From the NCBI GenBank assembly GCA_015067635.1, contig SVMA01000001.1, positions 26,913 through 90,912 on the forward strand: DNA of 64,000 bases, given 5' to 3'. A program made the position numbers and the translations under genes. Position 1 is the first letter of the stretch. Every line of letters begins with the position of its first letter. Below the pieces are notes generated by a model that saw nothing but the letters and a program-made list of their open reading frames with translations, did no database searches and was not told where the DNA came from. Source of the stretch: Oscillospiraceae bacterium (GTDB taxonomy: Bacteria > Bacillota > Clostridia > Oscillospirales > Oscillospiraceae). This document shows, piece by piece, positions 26,611 through 35,718 of the stretch.

Positions 26611-27960
26611 TTAAGCTGTGTAAACGTCGATCTTCTCGATACGAACCTGATGCAACAGCTCTGCAGACTGGAATACATTGGTTGCGCTTGCAAAGGTGAT
26701 CGTCACTACATCGTTGTCACGAGTAATGGTAGCACCACTCACCTCCATACCGTCAAAGCCGTCCAGATAGTCACCGTTGTTGAAATCGTCCAGTGTAAAT
26801 ACGATCTTTACCATACCGGTGTACTCGATCTTAATGGTAGAGCTCTTGTATGCTCTTGTGGAATAGTTCTTTTGCTGGTCGTAGTTGTTGGTTGTGCTGG
26901 AAGCCTTGTCGTTGGTATAAGTAATGCCGTTTGCTGCATGGACAGTCTGATTGTCGGTGCGACTGACACGGGTTGTGGTTCCAAGCATATCCAAAGATGC
27001 CGCCAATTTGCCCTGAACGCTGGGTGCAGGAGTAGTTGGCTTAGTAGTAGGTGCAGTGGTAGGAGCTGTGGTAGGCTGAGTAGTAGGAGTCGTGGGCTGA
27101 GTGGGCTCAGTTACAGGAGGTGTGGTGCCGGCAGCTTCCAGCTTGCCGTTTGCACCGGTGGTGTCGCTCAGCTCAAAGGTGTAGATATCAGCCTTGTCTG
27201 CATTCATGCCATAGCAGGTCAGGTAGCCGCTGTAAACCTCCAGGTATTGTGCTTTGCCGTTGTAGTTAGCAACAGCGCACTTGATGAAGTACTGATTGTC
27301 ACCGGCTGCGGGCTCCAGAACGAACTTGGTGTTGTCATCTGCAGTTGCAGTGAAGTTTACGTTGGTGCCGTCGCAGAACAGATACTTGCCCTCTGCGATG
27401 AAGGAAACGGTGTTGTCGTCATTTTCCTGAACGGTCAGAGCAACAGCGTCTGCCTTGCTGTCGGACAGGATCAGCTCCATCTTGGTTGTGCCGGAGGAGC
27501 TGGTGTAAGCATATTCCTTGCCGGTGATATACTTCTGGTCAGCGGGGAAATACAGGGTGGCGCCGCCTTCGCTGGTAGTAGCCTTGGCGGGAATGGTGTA
27601 ATTGAAGGAAACAGAAGCAGTCTCGCCGGCTTCGTTGGTCAGGGTTGCGGTCAGAGTGTACTTAATCTCTGTTTCGGTCTCTTCATTGATGTCGATGGTG
27701 GTCATCGTCTCACCGGGGATGATCTTGACATTGTCACCGGCATCAGCAGTCCAGGTAATGGGATATGCAACATCGCCTACCATAACCTTGCTGTACACAG
27801 TAAAGTCAGCAGCAGTCTTGGGGTTGTTGTCCTTGTACAGAGCGAACAGGTAGTCTTTTGCGCTGATGAGGTTGGCGTCTTCTGCAGGTCCGTTTGCACA
27901 GCCGGCAAAAATGGAAACACACATTACCAGCAGCAGAATATAGGAAATAATCTTTTTCAT
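26611..27960 (-). CDS. Multidomain surface lipoprotein of unknown function
   Basis: Lipobox IFAGC; Ig-like beta domain, beta-rich central domain, Pro/Thr linker, C-terminal beta domain. Confidence 0.8.
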   Translation of the reverse strand: MKKIISYILLLVMCVSIFAGCANGPAEDANLISAKDYLFALYKDNNPKTAADFTVYSKVMVGDVAYPITWTADAGDNVKIIPGETMTTIDINEETETEIKYTLTATLTNEAGETASVSFNYTIPAKATTSEGGATLYFPADQKYITGKEYAYTSSSGTTKMELILSDSKADAVALTVQENDDNTVSFIAEGKYLFCDGTNVNFTATADDNTKFVLEPAAGDNQYFIKCAVANYNGKAQYLEVYSGYLTCYGMNADKADIYTFELSDTTGANGKLEAAGTTPPVTEPTQPTTPTTQPTTAPTTAPTTKPTTPAPSVQGKLAASLDMLGTTTRVSRTDNQTVHAANGITYTNDKASSTTNNYDQQKNYSTRAYKSSTIKIEYTGMVKIVFTLDDFNNGDYLDGFDGMEVSGATITRDNDVVTITFASATNVFQSAELLHQVRIEKIDVYTA

Positions 27961-27978
27961 AGCTTTCTCCTTATCACA

Positions 27979-29301
27979 TTAATTATGAATTGTAATATCT
28001 TCTTTTGCCAAAGCCCGGATTTGATAATCTCCGTTATAGGCCTCGAGAATACCATTGATGTCAATAGTCTTTCCGGCATATACGGATTCCTGGAAGATGT
28101 TGCCGTTATCGTCGTAGAATACGCCGGTACGGATAGAAACGGTCTTCCCGTCCACCTCACAGGTCAACGTCATTGCGCCACAGTCATGGCTATCGGGGTT
28201 TGTGGTCGTGTAGACATCGGTAACCTTCAGGTTCTTCATGGAAAGGGTGGTGGAAACCGCCAGCTCCTTGAACTTCTTTGTTACCTCGCTGTCGCCGGAA
28301 GGAACGGTAACATTGCCCGCATATACTTCCGGTGTTGCCTCGGGATAGGTTACTTCGTTGCCCTTGCTGAGCTGTACGGTATTGGTGGGATCCTCGGGCT
28401 TCATGGGGTTATAGTTCAGGCTGGAGATCTGGTAGGTGCCGTAGAACTCCGTCAGAACGCCGACCACACGAACCTTGGAGCCCTGCTCCAGCACGGGAAT
28501 CAGCTGGGAATTGTAGCCGTAGAATACCTGCACGCCGTACCACATTCCGGTTTCACCGTCATAGCTTTGGATGAATGCGGTATAGTCGCTGTTATAGGTA
28601 ACGATACCCTCTACGGATACCTTCTTGCCGTTGTATTCCTCCACATTGAGCCGCAGTTCCCGCAAAGTGATGCTTGCCGCACCGCCGTAGGGATACTCGG
28701 GGTCCTTCTGTCCGGAGAACATGAACAGCTTTTCCTGAGTTGCCTGGTTGATGGCTGCAACTGCTGCCTGACCGTAACGGCCATCGGAAGCCTTGGAGCT
28801 TGCGCCCAAACCATTTTGCAGCAGTTCAATGTTCAGGCAGCGGTACTCAGCATCTGCCGCAGGCTGATACCAAACCCAAACCAGATATCTGCCGTTGCCG
28901 TCATAGTTCCAGCTTTCGCTGTCAGACTCCAGCACGATGGATGCCGCAGAGGACAGCTTTTCCTGGGTGAAGCGGGATGCCGCCTTGCCCCATTCTTCAA
29001 TCTGACCGGTGGATTCAGGTGTATCTACCGCCAGATATCTGGCCTTGATGACACCGGAAGCGTCCACAGACTTGGGCACCTCAAAGTGAGAGGTGTCGCC
29101 GTCAATTTGGCTCCGCTGCCCAAAGGTCACTTCCTGCTTCTTGGTGTTGGAATTCATGTCCAGCTTGGTTTCTGCCACATAATCCACATGGGTTGTGCCG
29201 GCGCTGGGGTTGGTTCCTTCTGTTTCACCGCAGGCGGCAAAAACCGCCGCGGCTATACAGACCACCAAAAGCAGGGAAACTACTTTTGATACATTCTTCA
29301 T
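27979..29301 (-). CDS. Thermonuclease (SNase) lipoprotein with C-terminal OB-fold repeats
   Basis: Lipobox FAAC; DGDT, RYLAVDTPE, DGNGRYLVWVW, NIELLQNGL; OB-like GKKVSVEGIVT, GSKVRVVGVLTEFYGTYQI, GKTIDINGILEAYNGDYQIR. Confidence 0.88.
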   Translation of the reverse strand: MKNVSKVVSLLLVVCIAAAVFAACGETEGTNPSAGTTHVDYVAETKLDMNSNTKKQEVTFGQRSQIDGDTSHFEVPKSVDASGVIKARYLAVDTPESTGQIEEWGKAASRFTQEKLSSAASIVLESDSESWNYDGNGRYLVWVWYQPAADAEYRCLNIELLQNGLGASSKASDGRYGQAAVAAINQATQEKLFMFSGQKDPEYPYGGAASITLRELRLNVEEYNGKKVSVEGIVTYNSDYTAFIQSYDGETGMWYGVQVFYGYNSQLIPVLEQGSKVRVVGVLTEFYGTYQISSLNYNPMKPEDPTNTVQLSKGNEVTYPEATPEVYAGNVTVPSGDSEVTKKFKELAVSTTLSMKNLKVTDVYTTTNPDSHDCGAMTLTCEVDGKTVSIRTGVFYDDNGNIFQESVYAGKTIDINGILEAYNGDYQIRALAKEDITIHN

Positions 29302-29325
29302 ATGAAATTGCTTCCTTATAAGGGA

Positions 29326-30696
29326 TTACATGCCAGCCTGGTACTTGCATTCTGCAACTGCTTCCTTGAAAGCGGCATCGATATCCACAGAAGTGGAAGC
29401 CATACACTTCTGCATCAGAAGACCAACCTGGTCACGGGCAACAGAGGAGCCGTTGAAGGCAGGAGATGCATAGTAAGCATCCTTCTGCTCCAAAGCGACC
29501 TTAACTGCGTAAGCCTGAATATGGGTGGTATCTGCACTCTGCAGGAACTCAGCGTACACAGGATTCTCTGTAACGGACTGGATAACCGGTGCATAACCGT
29601 TGTTCATGGAAACAGAAGCCTGGAACACCACGTCGGTGGTCAGGAACTTTGCAAACAGCCAGGATGCCAGCACTTCCTGAGGATTGCTCTTCTTGAAGAT
29701 GCAGAGGCTGGGACCCTGAGAAATGACTTTGGGCTTGGCTGCGTCTACCTGAGGAATGGTGGTGATACCGACCTCAAACTCAAACACGCCGTTGGTCTGG
29801 TTGGGCTGCTGATAGGTTGCACCGCCGGTGGAGCCGATACACATGTAGCAGCGTGTGCCGGAATCACTTTCGCCTGTGAACAGAGCAGAGGTGTAACCGC
29901 CGGACAGCTCTTCGGTGGTAACCAGCTTTTCATTGTACCAGCCCTGGAACTTCTTGACGAATTCCTTGTTCTTTGCATTGTCGAAGAGGAACTTGTCGCC
30001 GTCAACGCTGGTGTAGGGAGAACCGTACTGCTCACACATGGTGATGAACCAGTTGGCCTCGGAGTCATAGCCCAGAGGGATGCAGGTGGGATCGATTGCC
30101 TTGATCTGGCGGCAAACTGCTTCCATTTCGTCCCAGGTGGTGGGAACGGTCAGCTGATGCTTTTCAAAGAAGCTGCGGTTATAGTACAGAACCTCAGTGG
30201 ACTTGGAAATAGGCAGGGTGTACATCTTGCCATCACCGAAGGTCTTGCCTTCGTTATAGTAAGCAGGAATGAAGTCAGCCTTCTGCTCGGCGGTGTAGCC
30301 GTATTGGCTGTCGTCAATCAGCACGTCCAGAGTCTGCACAGCACCGGCGATGTTGTAAAGAGCAACATGATCGGGGTAGCAGTAAGCCAGGTTCGGCTGG
30401 TTGCCAACAGGAATCTCATTCTTGATTTGATCGCGGACACCGTTGTAATCGCCGTAAGTGGCATGCTCAACGGTAATGTTGGGATAAATCTTGTTGAAGT
30501 CTTCGATGGCAGTGTTCAGAATTGTCTGAAGCTGTGCGCCCATCTGGTGATAGAACTTAATGGTTACCGGAGTTTCGGTATCAAAACCGTTTTCCGGCAT
30601 CACAAAGTCTACCGCAGCGGCTTTTCCTCCGCTACAGCCTGCCATCATGGAGGCCAGCAGCATGACCACTGTCAAAATTGCTACGAGTCTTTTCAT
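29326..30696 (-). CDS. ABC substrate-binding lipoprotein (CUT1/UgpB-like)
   Basis: Lipobox MAGC; IKFYH, PNLAYCYPDH, LPISKSTEVLYYN, PTTWDE. Confidence 0.92.
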   Translation of the reverse strand: MKRLVAILTVVMLLASMMAGCSGGKAAAVDFVMPENGFDTETPVTIKFYHQMGAQLQTILNTAIEDFNKIYPNITVEHATYGDYNGVRDQIKNEIPVGNQPNLAYCYPDHVALYNIAGAVQTLDVLIDDSQYGYTAEQKADFIPAYYNEGKTFGDGKMYTLPISKSTEVLYYNRSFFEKHQLTVPTTWDEMEAVCRQIKAIDPTCIPLGYDSEANWFITMCEQYGSPYTSVDGDKFLFDNAKNKEFVKKFQGWYNEKLVTTEELSGGYTSALFTGESDSGTRCYMCIGSTGGATYQQPNQTNGVFEFEVGITTIPQVDAAKPKVISQGPSLCIFKKSNPQEVLASWLFAKFLTTDVVFQASVSMNNGYAPVIQSVTENPVYAEFLQSADTTHIQAYAVKVALEQKDAYYASPAFNGSSVARDQVGLLMQKCMASTSVDIDAAFKEAVAECKYQAGM

Positions 30697-30783
30697 TGTC
30701 GTTTCTTCCTTTCTGCTTTTCAGTCTTTCATCTTTTCTATTATGGAGAATGTCGCTTTCGCTTCCATTCTTGCTACCGGGAAA

Positions 30784-31677
30784 TCAGCCCTTAATGCCGC
30801 TTCTGGATACGCCCTTCATAATATACTTACGAAGGAAAATGAACACCAAGAACAGCGGGAAGGATACCACCGTAACCGCTGCCATCTGCACCGGGATATT
30901 GGTGACGCCTTCTGCATTGGTAAAGGCTGTACGCAAACCGTTGGTAATCAAGCGGTGTGCATCATCGTTGGCCACCAGACGGGGCCACATATAGGAGTTC
31001 CAGGAGCCCATCATCTTCAGAATGGTGATGGAGATGAGCGTAGGCAGTGCCAGCGGGATCATTACCTTGCGCAGATACTTCAAATCGCCGCAGCCGTCCA
31101 CCTTGGCGGCCAGGTACAGCTCATTGGGGATCTGCAGGAAGTTCTGCCGCAGCAGGTAAATATAGAACACGCTCACCAGGAAGGGTACAATCAAAACCGT
31201 GTAGGAATTCATCCAACCAAAGTAATTGACTGTCTGATAATTGGTAATGGTGAACAGTTCGCCGGGGATCATCATGGTTGCCAACAGACCGGCAAACAGT
31301 GCATTCTTGCCCTTGAATTCCAACCGGGCAAAGGCAAAGGCCGAAAGCACGGTAATAACCAGGGAAAGTGCCGTGGAGACCACGCCGACAAACACGGTGT
31401 TGAAGAACAGCTGTGCCAACTGAAGGTCTTTGCTGGCAAAAACCTCAGCGTAGTTCTGGAAGGCAAACACTCTGGGGAACAGCGTAGGAACGCTGAGCCG
31501 ATATTCGTCCATGGTCTTCAAGGACGAAATAATCATGAAATAGAAGGGGAAAATGACAATAATTGCCATTATGATTAAGAAGGTATAGGTAAAAGCGGTT
31601 CCTATGCCACCTACTACGCGCTGTCTGTCCGAAACCTTTTTCCAGTCGCGCTTATTCATGGTTCTGATATCCGACAT
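30784..31677 (-). CDS. ABC permease (MalG/UgpE-like)
   Basis: AFAFARL, MIPGE, LAAKVDG EAA loop, WNSYMWP. Confidence 0.93.
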   Translation of the reverse strand: MSDIRTMNKRDWKKVSDRQRVVGGIGTAFTYTFLIIMAIIVIFPFYFMIISSLKTMDEYRLSVPTLFPRVFAFQNYAEVFASKDLQLAQLFFNTVFVGVVSTALSLVITVLSAFAFARLEFKGKNALFAGLLATMMIPGELFTITNYQTVNYFGWMNSYTVLIVPFLVSVFYIYLLRQNFLQIPNELYLAAKVDGCGDLKYLRKVMIPLALPTLISITILKMMGSWNSYMWPRLVANDDAHRLITNGLRTAFTNAEGVTNIPVQMAAVTVVSFPLFLVFIFLRKYIMKGVSRSGIKG

Positions 31678-31691
31678 TTCACAGCACCTCC

Positions 31692-32636
31692 TTAATAGTA
31701 GGTCTTTTTCTTGCTGACGTACAGATTGACCATCGTCACCACGAAAATAATACCGAAGAGAATCAAGGCTGCCGCACTGGCATTGCCTTCCTGGGTACTA
31801 AGGGAACGATAAATAAATCCAACCATAGTATCCAGAGAGTAAGGATTGCCTGTGGGGCCCAGCTTATCGCCGAAAATACCTACGATGCTGGAATATTCCT
31901 TAAAACCGCCGATAAAGCCGGTAATGACGACATAGGCCAGCATGGGGGACAAAAGGGGTACGGTAATCTTGGTCAGCACTCTCCAACGGGGAGTTCCGTC
32001 CACCCGAGCCGCTTCGTAGTATTGCTTATTGATGCTCTGCAAGCCGCCCAACAAAATCAAAATCTTAAAGGGAAGAGCATTCCAGACGATGTAAACCACC
32101 ATAACCACAATGTTTGCCCAGTATTCCGATCCTGCATTGGTCCAGTTAATGTATCCAATACCGAAGAATTCCAGCACATTGTTGATGATACCCACCGAGT
32201 CCGGTCTGGTGCTGCCGCCGATGATCATGTTAAACATTGCGGCGAACACCATGCCGATGGCGATGGAGTTGGTCACATAGGGCATAAAGAAGATGGTTTG
32301 CAGCAGCTTTTGCAGCCGCTTAATGGAATTCAGCGCTACCGCAATGAGCAGAGCCAAAATAGTGGAGATCGGAACTGTCAGTATACACAGCAAAACCGTG
32401 TTCTTCAAACAGTTAACAAAATTTCCAATACCGTCATATTGCAGCACGTAGGTGTAGTTATAAAAACCAAACGAAAATCCGGGGTGCAACGGATTGGAAG
32501 CCGCCATCGTATTATAGCCCTCTAACAAGGACATCTTAATGGTGTTATAGATGGGCCATACGGTGAATATAAGAAGCAACACGATGGCAGGCGACAAATA
32601 CAGCCATGCTTTCCATTGATGTTTGCTATCTACCAT
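31692..32636 (-). CDS. ABC permease (MalF/UgpA-like)
   Basis: YLSPA, FFMPYVT, YYEAARVDG, ITVPLLSP. Confidence 0.93.
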   Translation of the reverse strand: MVDSKHQWKAWLYLSPAIVLLLIFTVWPIYNTIKMSLLEGYNTMAASNPLHPGFSFGFYNYTYVLQYDGIGNFVNCLKNTVLLCILTVPISTILALLIAVALNSIKRLQKLLQTIFFMPYVTNSIAIGMVFAAMFNMIIGGSTRPDSVGIINNVLEFFGIGYINWTNAGSEYWANIVVMVVYIVWNALPFKILILLGGLQSINKQYYEAARVDGTPRWRVLTKITVPLLSPMLAYVVITGFIGGFKEYSSIVGIFGDKLGPTGNPYSLDTMVGFIYRSLSTQEGNASAAALILFGIIFVVTMVNLYVSKKKTYY

Positions 32637-32637
32637 A

Positions 32638-33741
32638 TTACTTCACCTCAAACTCGATCCGTTCTTCAGTTTCCTTATTGAAAATGAAAACCTTGTGGGC
32701 CTTGAGTGTGTAGCTGACGGTTTCCTTGGAGGTGTCCACTTTGCTGTCTGCATCTACGATGGAACGAACAACGGGGCTCTGTGCTGCGGGATTCTCGGAC
32801 ACGATGCTCACGTCGCGGCCCATAACCTCCACGCTGTTGAGCTTACAGTGCATGGGACCGTTTTCGTCCACAATAAAGCCCTCGGGACGGATACCAACGG
32901 TAACCTCCTGATCTTCCACACCGGGAACATCCAAAACAGCATCCTCACCGATGTACAGCTTGCCGCCTTCTACCTTGCCGTCAAACACGTTGATGGGAGG
33001 AGTACCCAGGAACTTTGCAACAAACAGGTTCAGAGGATTGTCATAAACCTCCTGAGGAGCACCGATCTGCTGCACCACACCCAGCTTCATAACCACGATC
33101 ATATCGGAAATGGACATAGCCTCTTCCTGGTCGTGGGTAACGAAAATTGTGGTAATGCCGGTTTCCCGCTGAATGCGGCGGATCTCCTCACGGGTCTGCA
33201 GACGCAGACGGGCATCCAGGTTGGAAAGGGGCTCATCCAGCAAAAGAACACGGGGCATCTTAACCAGTGCACGGGCGATGGCCACACGCTGCTGCTGACC
33301 GCCGGACATTTCGCCGGGCTTGCGGTCCATCAGATCCTCGATCTGAACCAGCTTTGCGGCATAGTAGGCACGCTCCAGCATCTCATTCTTGCTCATTTTG
33401 TCAGCGCCCTTCAGGTTCTGCAGGGGGAACAGAATATTCTGCCGAACGGTCATGTGGGGATACAGTGCATAGTTCTGGAACACCAGACCGACACCGCGGT
33501 TTTCCGTGGGCAGCTCGGTAACGTCATCATCGCCGAAGAAAATCTGACCACTGGTGGGCTTCTGCAAGCCACTGATCATGTACAGCGTAGTGGACTTGCC
33601 GCAGCCGGAGGGTCCCAGCAAGCCGATCAGCTTACCATCCGGGATGGTGAATGTGAAGTCGTTAACGGCAACGACCTCCTCGTTAACCTTCTTGTTCCGA
33701 CTGGGGAAAACCTTCGTCAGATTTTGCAAAACAACTTTCAT
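32638..33741 (-). CDS. ABC ATPase (MalK/UgpC-like)
   Basis: GPSGCGKST, VFQNYALYPHM, MSGGQQQR, LLDEPLSNLDA, TOBE-like tail. Confidence 0.95.
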   Translation of the reverse strand: MKVVLQNLTKVFPSRNKKVNEEVVAVNDFTFTIPDGKLIGLLGPSGCGKSTTLYMISGLQKPTSGQIFFGDDDVTELPTENRGVGLVFQNYALYPHMTVRQNILFPLQNLKGADKMSKNEMLERAYYAAKLVQIEDLMDRKPGEMSGGQQQRVAIARALVKMPRVLLLDEPLSNLDARLRLQTREEIRRIQRETGITTIFVTHDQEEAMSISDMIVVMKLGVVQQIGAPQEVYDNPLNLFVAKFLGTPPINVFDGKVEGGKLYIGEDAVLDVPGVEDQEVTVGIRPEGFIVDENGPMHCKLNSVEVMGRDVSIVSENPAAQSPVVRSIVDADSKVDTSKETVSYTLKAHKVFIFNKETEERIEFEVK

Positions 33742-33813
33742 ATAATTCCCTTCCTATATAAAAATTTTCCTACTTTTTATTCTCAAGGAACGCGCTGTTC
33801 CTTAATGACGTAA

Positions 33814-34554
33814 TTAGTTTTCGTTGATCCGTGCTTCGTATGCATCCCGTGCTTCCGGGCAATCAAAAATCATCTGGCTGGAATATTCCACCACAACGGT
33901 GTGAGACATCAGGTCATGGATGGTGGAACGGTTCCGTGTAAAGCCCATTATGCCCAACTGCAAGGTCAGGAACAATGTCAAAAACAGCAGACCGTTAATG
34001 TTTACCAAGCCAAATACACTCATCACCAGAAATGCCACCGGAATCATGGTCTCAACGGTGTACTTACCGAGCACCGTCCGGACGAAAAGCAAAAACGGAG
34101 AGATTTTCACGCTGTCCGTACGCATCACCGCAAGTCCGAGGGCCTTTTTGCCCAAGGTCTGTCCATTTTTGAACAGCAAGGGAACAGCAATTTCCAAAAT
34201 CAGATAAGGAATCAAAAGTCCCAGCGACAAGGTCAGCAAAATCAGATTCAAAACCATCTCGTATGTCTGCTTAGCTTCCATATCCTGCGCCAGCATCGTA
34301 GCGGCGTGATTCATAATCAGCTTTTCCTCTTCGGACATTTTATCCCAGTCCTCTTGGGTCATGTAAAAGCTGATGCCGTATTTTTCCTCATACTCGGCGT
34401 AAATATTGTCCAGCTTTACCGTATGGTCGCCCAAGTGCACCATTTCGCTCAAAAGAGAAATGATGAGTACCGCAAGGGAAATGAACAAAAATGCATCAAG
34501 GAACCAGGCACCGAATCTCTTGCCCATGCCGGCTCTTTGGATATCATATTTCAT
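33814..34554 (-). CDS. RDD family membrane protein
   Basis: KRFGAWFLD, GQTLGK, R-STIHDLMSHTVVV. Confidence 0.87.
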   Translation of the reverse strand: MKYDIQRAGMGKRFGAWFLDAFLFISLAVLIISLLSEMVHLGDHTVKLDNIYAEYEEKYGISFYMTQEDWDKMSEEEKLIMNHAATMLAQDMEAKQTYEMVLNLILLTLSLGLLIPYLILEIAVPLLFKNGQTLGKKALGLAVMRTDSVKISPFLLFVRTVLGKYTVETMIPVAFLVMSVFGLVNINGLLFLTLFLTLQLGIMGFTRNRSTIHDLMSHTVVVEYSSQMIFDCPEARDAYEARINEN

Positions 34555-34665
34555 GTTTTTTGCCTCCGTGGATAGGAAATAAATTCTTATTTATACTTAG
34601 CGCATATATTATAGCACAGTTTCCTGCAAAAATCCACATCAAGTTGCATAAATTTCCAACTTTTT

Positions 34666-35517
34666 TCAACTCTTGTGTAACCGTTTTTCCAGTGCCGTCA
34701 TTAGTCCGCAAGGGATAGCCAAATTCCCCTGTCCGATGCCCATTTGGATGTGCGGTTTGTTCCCTCCGTGGTAATCGCTTCCGCCGCTGGGCAGCAAGCC
34801 AAAGTCCGCTGCCACCTTTTCTGCCAACGCGGTGGTTTTTTCGTCGTAGGTGGAATAGTAAACCTCCATGCCGTCCAGACCGCAGGGAACTGCCTCTTTC
34901 AAAAATTCCCGCAGTGGCGTCTCCTCCAAATTCAAAAACGGATGGGCAAGCACCGCCACCGCACCCAGGGATTTGATGAAGCGAATAATTTCAAAGGGCG
35001 AAAAACGCTCCGGCGGCGTATAGTATCCGCATTTGGGACGAAGCAGTGTCTGGAATGCCTCCTGAATGGATTTGGTATACCCCAGCCTGGTCAATTCTGC
35101 AGCAATCAGCGCCCGATTGACCTGCCCCTGTGGGGTATTGTCCTTGATGCGGTGATAATCCACTTCGTAGCCGGCGGCATTCAGCTTTTCCACCAGGTCC
35201 AGATTGCTTTGCTCTTTCCTGATTCGGAATTCTTCCAGCAGCGCAGTAATGGGTGCGTAATCCTCCGGCTTCAGGAACAGACCCAGAATATGCAGCTCCG
35301 TCCCCTGATAAACCGTGGAAAATTCTGTGCCTGCAATGGCGCGGACCTTCCTTCCCTCGGCAGCCTTCAGAAAATCCGGCAGCCCTGCCACCGTATTGTG
35401 GTCTGTCAGCGCAATGGCACAAAGCCCCTGCTTTTCCGCCAGCTCCAGCAGTTGCTCCGGTGTATCCGTTCCGTCGGAAAAAACGGAATGGTTATGCAAA
35501 TCACAAAAAAGTGCCAT
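34666..35517 (-). CDS. PHP-domain phosphoesterase (TrpH/YciV-like)
   Basis: DLHNHSVFSDG, LTDHNT, ELHILG, LAHP, GGSDYHG. Confidence 0.9.
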   Translation of the reverse strand: MALFCDLHNHSVFSDGTDTPEQLLELAEKQGLCAIALTDHNTVAGLPDFLKAAEGRKVRAIAGTEFSTVYQGTELHILGLFLKPEDYAPITALLEEFRIRKEQSNLDLVEKLNAAGYEVDYHRIKDNTPQGQVNRALIAAELTRLGYTKSIQEAFQTLLRPKCGYYTPPERFSPFEIIRFIKSLGAVAVLAHPFLNLEETPLREFLKEAVPCGLDGMEVYYSTYDEKTTALAEKVAADFGLLPSGGSDYHGGNKPHIQMGIGQGNLAIPCGLMTALEKRLHKS

Positions 35518-35718
35518 TCTTGTTTCTCCTTACACGCATTTTCTTGCCTTCTATTTTAGATGGAATCCCCCGACCTGTCAAGTACGGGAAGTGAGGGAAT
35601 CTGCAGAAGCGGCGGCTTGGCAAAAATTTGTCAGATGCCGTAGAAAAGTCCTTGCTATTTCTGCGTCCTTGGGGTACAATAAACGGGATAGGATTCAAAG
35701 AAAAGAAGGTGTCCACCC

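Noticed and set aside
26650-31578. 879-aa and 758-aa plus-strand ORFs over the ABC/nuclease operon
   Set aside because: Antisense shadows of recognisable minus-strand genes; no protein-like features
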